Shown piece by piece: positions 1 through 11,871 of a stretch of 64,000 nt of DNA (the stretch's first letter is position 1; each line of letters begins with the position of its first letter). Source of the stretch: Camelus dromedarius (taxonomy: Eukaryota); assembly GCF_036321535.1 (NCBI RefSeq), contig NC_087437.1, positions 9,922,001 to 9,986,000 of the forward strand, in the 5' to 3' direction. The notes beneath the pieces are model-generated. The model saw only the letters and a list, made by a program, of their open reading frames with translations, did not search any database and was not told the DNA's origin. A program made the position numbers and the translations under genes.

Positions 1-1475
1 CAGAAGTCCTAACTTTTGGCTCAGGTCACTTTCTCTTAATCCAGAGAGCTTCCAACCCTTCACTTATTTAAATCTAAGATAATACGTTAACTCTGGATGT
101 CCGTCCATTCCCCCAGTCTATATGTTAGCTCCATGAAAAGAGGGTACAAGTTAATTTCTGAGGAACATCTGGAAGGAAATGTGAAGAGATTGCAGCAAAC
201 CCCAGCCACGCTATGCTGCATCAATCTACATAATTTGAAATGACCCATATTTGTCTTTCATGCTTAGGGACCATAGAAAAGTGACTGAATTGCCCAGTAC
301 CCGGGCTGGGGTTCGCATGAAAACACAGAGGGAGATACATCTTTCTAGTCGATTGCAGGGGTCATGGTGAACTAGAATTGAATGCACACGTGAAAGGCAC
401 GTTTAACAGACCAACTAGCAAATTGCCTCAAAAGAAGAGAGAGAAATTTCTCCATCACATTTCCAGAAAGCACCACAGGAATGTCACAGAAAAGCGCCAG
501 CTGGAGGGACCTTAGTTCCACCTATGGAACGTAGTCCAGTTTTCCAAGTCAGTTCAAGGTTCCAGAATTTGGAGAAACTCAAACACCCGGGAACTGCGCG
601 TTACTCGTTACTTTAGCTGCAGCTCAGGCTAAAGCAGACATAAACACAGTCCCCAGAAACACGTGATGTGAGCAAGTCCGAATTGTAAGGGGGGGACAAG
701 ACTGATGAGGTACTGGGCATTTCACACGGGGTGACACCATATTGGGCGCAGCTGGTTTCCTCTGACCCCGATTTGCACGCACAATAAAACTTCTCCCCTA
801 AGGCAAAAATTCTCCAGGTGAGGAGACCCTGAGCTCTCACTTTTAATTCTGTCTCCTGGCCCAGGAGGGCGATCAGATTTAGGGACACTGGTTTACCCTC
901 AGCCTCCCAACTCCACCCTAAATATCAAAACGATATTCCTGTAACTCAACAGCTTCTCACGGAGAAAGGAAGCAAATGAAGACAAGACAAGTACCAAACT
1001 GTGCTTTCTTTATCCCAACAACTTCGCCAGGTTTCCCGAGGAGGGAGCGCGCCCCTCACACACCCTCTAGGAGACAGGCAGGAGGCTGGGTGTCCATCCT
1101 CGGTGGCTCAGCCGTCGCCTAGGATGGCCACAGCCAGGCTGACCCTGTCGCCTCGCTGCTGCGTCCCGATCCTTTGGTCCCTGCTCGACAGCCCCTTGTG
1201 TCCGGAGACCCTCAAGCTCTGCGCTCTCCACTCCGGCCCCGCAACCTCACGTCTCTGCTGGGCGCCGAGCAGAGGAGGCAAGGAGCAGGGGTGGGGACGG
1301 AACGAGTAGGGCACGGGGGCGAAGGGTCCGAGGGACTGGGGGTCCCGGGTCCGGCCGGTGCAAAAGCCCATTCCGCGCGCCTCGCCTCCCGCGAGGGCGC
1401 ACCCCCAGCGCCGTGCCCAGCATCCCCGTCAACTCTGCCACCCGAGCCGAGCCACCTCTTTTGCGCTCAACTTAC

Positions 1476-1750
1476 CCTGGCCGGGCTGAGCTTTCGGAGA
1501 GCCCAGCAGCTTTTCTCTCCTTCCTCCCGCCGAGCCCTTCATCTTCCTGCTGGCGGCCGCCCGGCGCCCCGGCCCTGGCATCGGGAGGAGCGGCCGCCGC
1601 GGCTGGCGGTCCCCGGGGCGCACGGCTGCGCGCCCGCAGCTTCGGCGGCGGCTGCGGCGGCGGCGGCGGTCGCCACGAGGTGTGAGCGGCGGCCGCGGAG
1701 GACCGTCCCTGAACGCCGGGAGCGCGGTGCCTCGGGCGCGGGCTGGAGGT
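1476..1750 (-). other. Probable first exon of an unidentified minus-strand gene (5' boundary/TSS approximate); intron 1 runs off the left edge
   Basis: Consensus donor CCAGG|GTAAGT (plus strand acttac 1470-1475) inside the CpG island; in-frame ATGs at 1581 and 1542 (aagATGa) give MKGSAGGRREKLLGSPKAQPGQ up to the donor, but the exon may be purely 5'UTR. Confidence 0.7.
1643..1669. repeat. Interrupted trinucleotide repeat (CGG)3-CTG-(CGG)5
   Basis: Read directly from sequence. Confidence 0.95.
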
Positions 1751-2369
1751 GGCAGTCGTCCGGGGCACTCGGCACGCCGCCCGCGCCCGCGCCCGCCCCA
1801 GGTGCACCGGCCGGGAGAGGTGCGAGCCGGCGCCGAGGGAGGGCCGGAGGGAGACGGCGGAGAAGGCAGAAAGCAAGCGGGAGGCCGGGAGCTGGCTCTC
1901 ACCGAGTGAGTGGCTCGCGGTGTTCAGGGCAACGGGAGGAGGAGAACTGCATCCAGAAACTAGAAATAATTGGAAATGAGCTCCAGTGAGCTGCTGTAGG
2001 AGGCTCGGGAAAGGGGCTTCCCTTCCTTCCGTGCTTAGATCCTTTATCCTCAGCGGTTGGGGACAGTTACCTGACAACCACTCCCCCACTCCACCCCACC
2101 CCATCCGCAACCCCCCTCTCCTTTTTAACAGTTAACCTCCAACCTCAGTGCCGATGCACAGAGATGGGAGAAGAAGCTGCTGCAAATATACAGGGAAGTC
2201 CCTCCTCCCCCAAACACGAATGCTCACCCCTCTTGGGGGACCGTGTCCTCTTGAGATTTGTCTACCCTCACCCGATCTTCTCATCCGCCCTCCCCCTCTC
2301 TCACACGAGGTACAATAATACCCTGGGAATGAAAACACCCCCTCTGTTCTCCTAGTCTAGGACCTAGAG

Positions 2370-2525
2370 GAGTGCTTCTCCAACTTGAATGTGCAGAGGA
2401 ATCACCTGGAAATCTTGTTAGAGTTCAGATTTGGGTCCAGTAGGTCTGGAATGGGGCCTGCGATTCTGCATATCTAATTGTGGGTCTGAGGCTGCTGATC
2501 TAAGGACCACAATTTGAGTGGCAAA
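2370..2525. mobile_element. MER5A-like hAT-Charlie MITE
   Basis: agtgcttctccaacttgaatgtgca...aatcacctgg...gtaggtctgg...ggggcctg...ggaccacaatttgagt matches recalled MER5A. Confidence 0.8.
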
Positions 2526-3400
2526 CCACAAACGAACAAACAAAATAAACCTTCTTTCTACTACCAGCCGAGCCCCTATTTGTAAGATGATCTGGAGTAA
2601 CATGTCACTAAGGCACTCACTGCCATGGGGTTTTAGGTTGCTGTGGAGGCCAAATAACTTATAAACATGAAAACAGTGCAAAAGGATAAAATGCCCCACA
2701 GATACAAGACTATCATGATGGACATTAATAATTACTATTGATCAAATCATTAGGAATGCTGATAAAAGTGGAGAGAGAGACTGGCAATTTGCCACTCCAT
2801 GTGTTCTCAAGAGAAGCTCTAAAAATCAACCAACAGTGACCATCCCTCAAACACAACTTTATTTTGAAAGAAAGTGCTAAGTAACATCCTCTAAGGGGCA
2901 GTCTATGCCTCCTCCTGGGAGCCAGTTTAACTTTCCCAGATACAGTGCTGTTCAGGTGTGTATTACCAAGTAGTTAAATTGCTTATCAAGCCAACAGATA
3001 AAGCAAACCAAGAAGAGCAAATGCCAAGAACAAGGAAACAGAGAAAAACAGCCAATGTGCCGAAAGATATGTCCTGTTTTGACTTGGCATGACTATTAGC
3101 TTTGTTTGACCCTCGGTCTCTCTCTTTACCGTGTTTTCACCTGGATTTAAATACTCATCCCACCACTTCAATTCAGCAAGTGTCCATGGGAAAGGCCTTT
3201 CCTGAGGGTGAGCATGATTTGACACAGTTCCTACTCTGAAAGAGGAATTTGACAATATACAGATAAACACCCTATCTGGCAGCCTCTGGTGCCAGAGGCG
3301 AACACCAAACACATTGCTACAGAGGGTTCAAACACCAATGAGGTTTGGGGAGACTGAAGTCTTTCCATGAATGGAAAGGAGGTCATTTTAGATAAAACTT

Positions 3401-3536
3401 TCTTTTTTTGAGGAGAGAGGTACTTAAGTGTATTTTTTAAATTTATTTTTTATGGAGGTAGTGAAGATTGGAACCCAGGACCTCAGGAACTTGTGCATGC
3501 TAGGCATGCACTCGACCACTGAGCTGTATCCTCCCC
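3401..3536 (-). mobile_element. tRNA-Ala-derived camelid SINE (vic-1 type)
   Basis: Reverse complement of GGGGAGGATACAGCTCAGTGGTCGAGTGCATGCCTAGCATGCAC head with A-rich tail; TSD tagataaaactt (3389-3400) / tacataaaactt (3540-3551). Confidence 0.9.
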
Positions 3537-3739
3537 GACTACATAAAACTTCAAACATGATATGATTCTCCCAGGCAGAGGTAAAAAGGAGGGACCTTTA
3601 AGGTGAAAAAGTGAAGACAGAAAAGCATGGGGAGAAGTGGGCCTTTTGGCCCAGAACATCCAGTGGATGAAAGAAGGGAGAAGAAATGGTTTGAGATTGG
3701 CAGGGGCTATGCATGCTTTCCTGAGTGTTTTGTACTTCA

Positions 3740-4620
3740 CTTGAGAAGTGTTGAACAGGGGACCGCCATGACCAGAAATGTATCGAGGATTCTGACCTGA
3801 TACAACAAATGAATAGAAGACCTAGAATCAAAAGATGGCGGAGCTGTAGAAAGTACTTAGGAGGCCGCCGAAGCCATAAGGAAGGGGTCACGAAGTCAGA
3901 ACAATGATAACCCTTGTGGGAAATGAAATATAAAGGTGTTTATCTGAGACACACTGACCAGTATGCAGCAGTTATGTAGGGGAGAGAGATTTGTTCAAGG
4001 TCTCTCTGTGGTTCTGTGTCCAGAAGACTAGAAAAATGGTGACACCATTAACCATTGAGAGCTTAAGAAGGGAACCTCCAGTTGGTTAGGTTTACGTTTA
4101 TGTTGTTGTGGGAAAGGCTATTAGTTAATGAGTTCTCTTTGGACATTTTTAGTCAGCACGTTGAGGGAGATGTTCAGGTGGTGATATTTACACAGTTTGT
4201 AATTCAAGCCTTGCTCTGAGGAAATGGGTTCTGGAATAGAATTTGTGTTTGCTCGCATGTTTGAGAGACTTGGGTGGGTACATGGAGTTAACTTGTTGGG
4301 AGAATGTGAGGTTAGTGAGGTGGAAGGGAGAAGGAAACACACCATGCTGAGAATAGAAGCTTGGAGCTCTGTGACCTCCCTGTCCCTCAGTATCATAACC
4401 TGTAAAACATGGATAATAGCTCACTCTCCATAAAACTGTTGTGAGGATGAAGTGAGATAGTGCACTGTTTTCTCATTTATATTTTTTGCACTCACCTGTA
4501 GGGTCTGAGAAGACTGGAACATACATACATGGGAACATATCACATGCAGCCCCAACATCTAACTTAGTGTTTAGCACATAGTAGGCCCTAAAAATGTTCA
4601 TTGGCTGAATAAAGTAATAA
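3740..4620. mobile_element. Decayed L2 and MIR fragments
   Basis: MIR core (ctcagtatcataacctgtaaaacatggataatag...gttgtgaggatgaagtgagat, ~4370-4465); L2 3' end motif (gcacatagtaggccctaaaaatgttc...gaataaa, ~4570-4615). Confidence 0.55.
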
Positions 4621-5616
4621 TTCAATAAAAAGAAGAAGAGTACAACCAAAAAATGGGAAGAGGTGGCCAAGTAGGTTCTGTTAATTCAGTGTCATAGAAA
4701 CCACGTCAGAGAAAATCTTTGTTAACAGAGATAGACACTGGTAATGAGGGGGGTGCAGAACAATTAAAGGGGAAATATTAATACATATTGAGAAAGCTGT
4801 TGGTTTTGTTTTGGGAAAGGACCTGGTTTAAATAATTAATTGATTATATTCAAGAGAATTACTGTACTAGAAAGGTATCACTATTATGAGTGGCAAAGAA
4901 ATTAAAGACAAATGTTAGTCAAATTTCTTTAAAGAATAATCTATCAACTGAAGATGAAAAGGCGAGATTGGGGGTCAAGGGCTAGTAATGGGATTGAGGA
5001 AGTCTGTTCTTCAGTAAAAGGAAAGTCCAAATACATTTTGTTGATGGTGTTAAGGGGCCACAAGTCTGGGAGAGATGCTCCAGGCAAAAGAAAAGGAGAC
5101 TTGATTGAGTGATATCTGAAAAGAGAAGCAACTAGTGAACCAACGGTGTAGGTAATCAATCTTAGCAGAGAAAAGGGTCACCTGTTCCTTAGAAGCAAGA
5201 ACAAAACCTGGAACAAGAAGATGTATCGAGATTCTAAGGTACATTGGCAGGAAGTGAGAAAGGCTCATGTCCCTGTATCTCCAGGAAAATAGGGATGAGC
5301 CTTTACTGATACCTTGTGATCAACCAGAAATACCACTGTGAGCTAGAAAAACATGGAGAATATGTGGAACAAGTTTTAACAGGTATAGAATGTGAATCCG
5401 CAAGAGATGTGAAGAAACTCCACTGTGTGGTCCCACTAGGTATGAGCCTGCCTCAGGAGTGAAAACATAATGTTTATTATAATGAAGACAATCAACGTTT
5501 TTATTTGTTACTGTCCCAGCAATATTCAAAGACATAAGTACAGAAACAAACAAAGCATGCAGCAGGGTTTACCCAAGTTTAGTAATTAATGAAGTAGAAA
5601 TTCTAGGAGATCAAAC

Positions 5617-6449
5617 TGTAATCGAGCAGGGTCCTATTGTCATCATCGGTGACCAATCTGGTCTCTGCAATGGTGTTTGTAACTGCTTAACTGTATAATG
5701 GCTTAAGGGGTTTTTCTCTTGCTCTTGCTGACCAGGGTTGTGCTGGAGAGGAGGGAGGCTTGGGGGATCTGCCCAACCCCCTTGTGATGCTACATGCTGG
5801 CATCATGCTTAGTGCCCTCCTCTTGCCCCCAGTGCTCTCCTCTTGACCCCAACATCTCAGAAACAGCAGTCGGGTGTTTTGTGCATCTTATTCATAACAC
5901 ACCCCAACTGCACATGTCTGCAGTTGTTTTTAGCCCCTTATGACTTCCTTGTATCCTGTTGTTCAAGGTGCAAGTCTTAGCCTGCGGCAAGAGGCCTCAG
6001 GCCTCAATCTGCCTAAAATGCTAGAAGCATTTATCAACCTGACTTTAAACCACACAACATTTTCTCTAGAGCATTTTTCTACAGACCCCCTTCCTATGCA
6101 ACTTTTGTTCTAGGTACAAGAATATTAAGAGTCTCAAAGCTGGAGGTGAACTTCATACCTAGCAGAGGGAAGAGGACCACTGCACCTGAAAAAACAAGAA
6201 CAACTTTGCAACAATTTGTAACCCTGTATGCAATCTCTGTGGAAACTAGCTCCATCCCTTAAACTCCTGAAATTTTACTATAAAACTCCCTGCTTTTTCT
6301 CCCCAGCAGGCTCACAGTCTTGGAGGCATTAGCGCACTGTGACCTCCTTTGCCTGGCAAAGAAATAAAGCTGCCTTTTCTGCTTCATCCAAAACTCTGTC
6401 CTTGAGGCTCATTTGGTAAGCAAGGTATGGGGGCCGTGTTTTGGCAACA
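5617..6449 (+). mobile_element. Solo ERV1-class LTR, possibly composite
   Basis: TGTAATCGAGCAGGGTCCTAT start, ...GGCAACA end, 4-bp TSD AAAC (5613-5616 / 6450-6453), TATAAAA 6279-6285, AATAAA 6363-6368. Confidence 0.8.
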
Positions 6450-6499
6450 AAACAAATGAGGGATTTCATGGAGTGGAACTTGAGAGAAGGGACTTTCAA

Positions 6500-6905
6500 A
6501 TCTTTCAGACTTGGGTTTGGTTTACCATGCTGCCACCTGCAATCGTGAGGTTTGCACAATTTACTTTACCTCTGTAAGCCTTAGTTTCCTCATCGTAAAA
6601 CCAGGATAAGACTATGTACCCTTCAGTCTTATGTTTTGGTGATAAAATAAGATAATATTGGTAAAGCAGTGGTTCTCAAACTACAGCTTTCCTCAGGGTC
6701 ATCTGGGGGTCTCGTCCAAACACAGACTACTGAGCCCCACACCAAGAGTGAGTGGTTTACTAGATCTTGGGTGGGTTTCAGAAATTTAAGTTTCTAACAA
6801 GTTTCGCAGTGATGCTGATACTCCTGGCCTCGAGAACCACCCTTTGTAAACCCTTGTCTTAAAGCATTTAAGATAATGCTTGGTACATAGTTAACTACTA
6901 AATAG
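6500..6905 (+). mobile_element. MIR split by a MER5A insertion (6667-6856)
   Basis: MIR core (ccttagtttcctcatcgtaaaa) and tail (gcttggtacatagt) flank cagtggttctcaaact...tttgtaaacccttg; degenerate 8-bp TSD tggtaaag/tcttaaag. Confidence 0.75.
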
Positions 6906-7809
6906 AGGAAAGCTAGTGTTTAGGGTTGGTGGTCAACTTACAGTATGAAAGCTGAAGATGAAGACAAAACTGAAAATGTTATCAACACAAAGTGAGTGAT
7001 GGGCAGAGGTTACTGGGAGACATAAGAATTTCAGGTCATCAAAATGAAGACCATGTTTAGTGTGAGGTAAGTTACAGGAAAGACTCAAGAGAAAATTCAA
7101 GAGTTCAGAACTTGGAGCTCAATTTAGCCCAACACTTTCTGAAGTGCTGGTTTATAAAGAAATGTCAATAATACTTAAATAAATGTTATGTAATTTATAT
7201 TAACAATTCAATCAAATCATAGAGAGAGAACACTAGGACCAGGAAAGCTGGCAGAGCTGTCCACAGAGGAGGTCAACGCCATTGCTGTTGGAAGCCACTG
7301 AGAAGTAGGAGTGGGTGATGCTACGTAACTCTCATTGTCTGAGGAAAGGGTTTGTAAGTCCCAGTCTCTCCTGCTGGAAAAATTGTCCCTCCTCTCAAAC
7401 TCAGAGGAAAATGTCACCCCTGGAACACTGAGTCCCCTGGAATTCATGCGGCTTCTCTAAGAGGAAACTTCAATACAAATGAAGGGAGTGTTACAACATA
7501 AATCCATAACCAGCACATCTGGGAGGAGGTAAGAAGATGTGCCTCCAGTGGTGAGCCTTCCAGTGAGTCAGCTTTATGCAGTCATGAGCCTCCACCTACG
7601 GGGCACTTGTATGGGAAGGACTGTCTTTAATCCTAATAAAATCAACTCTTCAGAGATGAGAAAACAGGCTCAGAGAGATGAATTCCCTGAGATGACACCT
7701 GATACATGCCCATCTCTCTGATTATAAAGCATATATAATTTCCCTCCTACAATATTGTCTCTAAAAAAGTAAAATAAGATTACTTAGTGTCACCTGTCCA
7801 TGCTCCTTT

Positions 7810-8045
7810 TGTCTTAGGTTGGGTTCTTCAGGAAACAGACTCTGGAGATGTGGAAATCTGTGTGCAGGAAGTTTAATGAGGAGAGCCCTTAAGATCCAGA
7901 GTTGTGAGATACTAAAGGAAGCTGGGTTGGGTGAAGGGAAAACTTGAACTTCAGTGCAGTCTCAGCAAAGGCCTCAGCCGATTCCAGATTCCATGGGCGC
8001 TCTGGACTAAACCAGCCCTTCAGAGTTATCCTGAACTGAGGACAG
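7810..8045 (-). mobile_element. LTR16-like ERVL LTR fragment
   Basis: tgtcttaggttgggttcttcaggaaacagactctg...ggaagtttaat...aaaggcctcagccga matches recalled LTR16 3' end in reverse. Confidence 0.7.
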
Positions 8046-8302
8046 ATAACCAAGTACCCTGGAATCCCCAGTTATTTTCAGGCATCAGAATTTAGTTCAC
8101 AGAGAAGCCTGTAGAACTAACCTTCTCAAGTATTTGAATATTTAACCATCACTGCTTTATAGAAACCCAGAGAAGACTATCTTGAATACAGCAATTATTT
8201 TAATAAACATTATTATTTGCAAGGTCTGGTGATGGGTACTTTGGAAGAACACAAATGTATTGAAATCACATGCTTGAATTCATATACATTGAATTTAGAA
8301 TA

Positions 8303-8518
8303 TGCTTAACCTTGAACAACACAGGTTTGAACTGCTTGGGTCCACTTATATTTGGATTTTTTTCAGTGTTGACTGTTATAGGATGACAACATCTGCAGCT
8401 GGTTGAATCCATGGATGTATATCTGTGTATAAGGAGGGCTGACTATGAGTTACACAAGGATTTTCTACTGCGTGAAGGGTAGGTTCCCTTAACCCCTAAT
8501 TTGTTCAAGGGTCAACCG
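8303..8518. mobile_element. Tigger2a-like MITE (TcMar-Tigger)
   Basis: TIRs ttaaccttgaacaacacaggtttgaactg... / ...ttgttcaagggtcaaccg followed by TA. Confidence 0.85.
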
Positions 8519-8803
8519 TATAGTGAACTATACAGAAGAAAATTGTCTGTAAAATGGATATTATAATAACATCTATCTCATAAGGTTGATTTGAAGATTA
8601 AAAAGGCTGTCACAAAAATGCTATCATAGTATTTGAATTTTTTTCCTTCTAACTATAATAGGTGGAGATAAAATATTTAGCAAAATAAAAATAGCAAAGT
8701 AAAAAATAAAAGTATGTAGAAAGTTTAGGGTAAGAAGTTACCTTATCTGAGAAAATTTATGAAAGGGAAGGAATTTAGTTGAATCTTCAAGAAGGGGCGG
8801 ACT

Positions 8804-8960
8804 GGGAGGAGGGTATAGTTCAAGTGGTAGAGCACATGGCTAGCATGCACGAGGCCCTGGGTTCAATCCCTGGTACCTCCTCTAACAATAAATAAGTAAG
8901 TAAACCTAATTACCTCCCCCCACCAAAAAGAAAAAAAGAAAAGAAGAAAAAAAAAAAAAA
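8804..8960 (+). mobile_element. tRNA-Ala-derived camelid SINE (vic-1 type)
   Basis: gggaggagggtatagttcaagtggtagagcacatggctagcatgcacgaggccctgggttcaatccc; A/B boxes; long A tail; approximate TSD aaggggcggact/aagggactggact. Confidence 0.92.
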
Positions 8961-9336
8961 AGGGACTGGACTTTGACTCTGAAAAGCAAAAAGAACAGTG
9001 AGGGTAAGAATGCAATCCAGGGAGAACAAATGTGTTGGACATGAGGGTTTAGAATTTTTTAAGGAGCAGCAAATGAGCTAGTTTGTCAAGAACGCAGGGG
9101 AAAAGTGGGGGACCCTGCTGATGATCTTCAATTTCTAGTTAATTATTAGGACTGTATTTAGAAGCAAATGAAGAGTGAAATTTTGGAGTAAATTAGAAGT
9201 ATAAACAAAGTTGTGCTTTACAAAAATTAACCTATGCGCCGTTAAAATTGAAAGAAACGGAAGTAAAACATTCTTATTCCCTGTTCCTGCCTCAAGCTAA
9301 CCTATCTTTTAGGGGGCTGTTTTTCTCCCTAAGTGT

Positions 9337-9527
9337 TGAGCAGTTCTCAAAGTGTTGTCACTGGACCAGAAGTGGCAGCATCACCTGGGGACTTATTAGC
9401 AATGCAGGTTCCCCGGCTTCACCCCCGACCTACTGAAGCAGAAACTCTAGGTGTAGGTTCCAGCCGTCTTTGCTTTAACAAGCCCTTTCGGTGATGCTGG
9501 TACATGCTCAAATTTGAGAATCGCTGC
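9337..9527. mobile_element. MER5A
   Basis: gttctcaaagtg...gcagcatcacctgggga...ctactgaagcagaaactct...tttgagaatcgctg. Confidence 0.85.
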
Positions 9528-9891
9528 TCAAAGTGTTTCTGTAATCCATTTCTCTCCTGGAGCAAATGTCCTCTGGAATATTCTGAAGCAATCCTCTTCT
9601 CCAACTCTCTGGAGAGTGTGATCGCTGTCTCGGAACATCTTTCCAGACTGCCTCTGGCCAAATGACTCAGCACTGAACCATGCTATGCTGATGTATGGAT
9701 CCGATTGTTTTAAGCAGCTTTTCAAAATAAATCTTTAATACAAATTTCCTTCCATTTGATTCAGATGTGGAATACCTGAGAACAGAAGTGTCAATTTCAA
9801 TAGAAGATAGCAGGGAAAAAAAAAATCCCCAGGAAATAAACCTCACGGTGTATCAGAAAGGGATCACTGATACGTGTATCTTTTCATGACC

Positions 9892-9922
<31 letters not shown>

Positions 9923-10094
9923 CCCATTACTAGTAAAACTCTGGAATGGCTAATGAAAATACATATAAAATTACAGCCCCCCCCCCAAAAAAAAGGGTTC
10001 AAAATAATTAGAGCGTGGATATTAAGGAAAGGATCATAGTCAGTAGAAAATGGTTCTAAATACATGTTAAATAAGAAAGACCAAATACACAACA

Positions 10095-10610
10095 TATTTG
10101 GAAGTTCCTGGGGATACTGGATCTTTTTAAACCAATGGATGGGAAGTTAGAAGAAAGAAACTCACAAGGAAGTGAACTGATGTTGGGGGGAGGTCACGGA
10201 GAGGACTTGATCGCTGGTTGACCTGAGAGCCAGACCTGACAATCAGAGGCTCCTGACCCCTTACCCCACCCTTGAAATGTACACTCTGCCCACCAGTCCC
10301 ACAGTGGGAGCCCTTTGCAAGGACACAGCCTTGAGTGAACACTTTTGTAATGAGACCTTCTGGACTGGATACGTGGCTGAGCACAGTAAAGGTCTCTGTA
10401 TATACTTTTAAGATTCTGGCAGGTGGATGCAGAGATCTACTCATTTTGTGGTGCCCAAGGCAAGCCTTATATGTAAGTTCCTTTGCTTATTGCACCTGCC
10501 ACCTACCCATCTGGAGAGGTCTGGCTCTTTCTTTGGTCTCTCCCTGCCTCTTTGTGTGGGGACCAGTTTCATATGTCACCTGGGGAGCTGATGAGTGAGT
10601 TTCCAAACCA
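10095..10610 (+). mobile_element. Solo ERV LTR (family uncertain)
   Basis: ~515 bp with inverted termini tatttggaa...ttccaaacca, TATA-like gtatatac and U5-like pyrimidine-rich 3' part. Confidence 0.65.
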
Positions 10611-10999
10611 ATAATTTAGCACTTGGTCCATCCAGTCTGGGTGGGGACAATGCTTTGAACTACACAAGGCAACCTCGTGGACTGGCATGGCTGCTGTGAA
10701 CTCGACACATTTTGCAGACATAGAAAAAAATCACACACAAGCACAATGCGCTACGTCTATAATCCATTTGTGGTTCAAAACATTTTTATTTGGCTATCTG
10801 ATTACAAATCTCTCCCAAAGCTCATTCAGTGGAGACTGAAATTTGTCTTAAATACAGAAGCATAAATTATGTATATTTCAGCTCGCTCATCTAGCTGTCT
10901 TCCCAGGGAGATTTATGGAAATTTCCATTTTTGGTTTTTTGAGAACAGTGCTATCCTGGATGTCTGGAAGGATGAATATGGGAACCCGTAAGTCCCCCC

Positions 11000-11600
11000 C
11001 TCGCCTCAAACTCTGTGTGCCTCTTTCCGCAAACTCTCCTCCCATTGGCTCCTCTTTTGCTAACAGTGGTATCCCCATTCTGTCAGACTTAGACTCTCAA
11101 AGCCATTTTTCATCACTTTCTGTCTTTCACCTTCACCTCCAGCCAAGCGGATTTTCCCCTCACAAGAGATCCTAGATTCTTGTCTACTTCTGTCTCCTAG
11201 TTAGAATACCAGTACCCTGATTGGTCTCTTATTTGGATTAATTGCCTGGATTAATTTATAAATCTTTACTCACTGAATTCCCAGCCTGAAATCTTGCCTT
11301 TCCTCAAGCTGAGGTAGATCAGTGTCAGATAAATCTGCCCAAATCATGCTTCTCACCGTGTTACTCTCAGTCCCCCCTCCCCACTGCCTTTACCGTATAG
11401 TTCAAGTCACAGATCCACGTCTGAAGCCCCTGTATGCTCATCCCAGCCTGCCATTCCTGTCGGTCCATCCTTGACTTCCCTGTGGCCAAATAGTCCCCTC
11501 CCTGTGACTCAGGTGTGCTTTTGAAAGCTGTTCCTGATGCCTGGGAAGTTCAGTCCTCCTTCTCTACCTGGGGAAATCCAACCCATCTTTCCTAACCAGG
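11000..11600 (+). mobile_element. Decayed L2
   Basis: Pyrimidine-rich sequence with L2-like motifs (tgattggtctc, aaatcatgcttctcaccgtgttactctc). Confidence 0.5.
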
Positions 11601-11871
11601 TTAACAACATCAGGCAGTCAGGGAGGAGGAAAATGAAGGAAAAAAAGGTGGGGGGGGGGGGAAAAAGGAGAGAAGGAAGAAGTGGAAAAAAGGGAAAATA
11701 GGAAGAAAAGCTACAGGGAGGGAAACAAAGGCAGAAAATTAACATTTGGTTGGCTCCCATCACCTTTACCTCTCACACGAGGAAACTAAACATCAGAGAA
11801 ACGAATCGATGACCTGAGCTCCCAGGTAAAAATGAGCAGAGCAACCGTTCAAGCCAGATTGTTGTCTGGTA

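Larger units (their letters stand above)
1020..1960. promoter_or_regulatory. CpG island promoter, probably bidirectional
   Basis: Very high GC and CpG density versus CpG-depleted flanks; GC boxes (CCCGCGCCCGCGCCCGCCCC ~1780-1799); outward-facing splice donors on both strands. Confidence 0.93.

Noticed and set aside
1001..2110. Many overlapping long ORFs (up to 271 aa) on both strands
   Set aside because: Stop-codon depletion in a GC-rich CpG island; Ala/Arg/Pro/Gly low-complexity translations, mostly non-ATG starts, no recognisable domain
3832..3900. AAGATGGCGGAG as a processed-pseudogene start or YY1 site
   Set aside because: Stop codon after four residues, no polyA/TSD, and the surroundings look like decayed L2
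9892..9918. A27 run as the tail of a retrocopy
   Set aside because: No upstream mRNA-like body or convincing TSD; lies in what looks like decayed old L1 sequence
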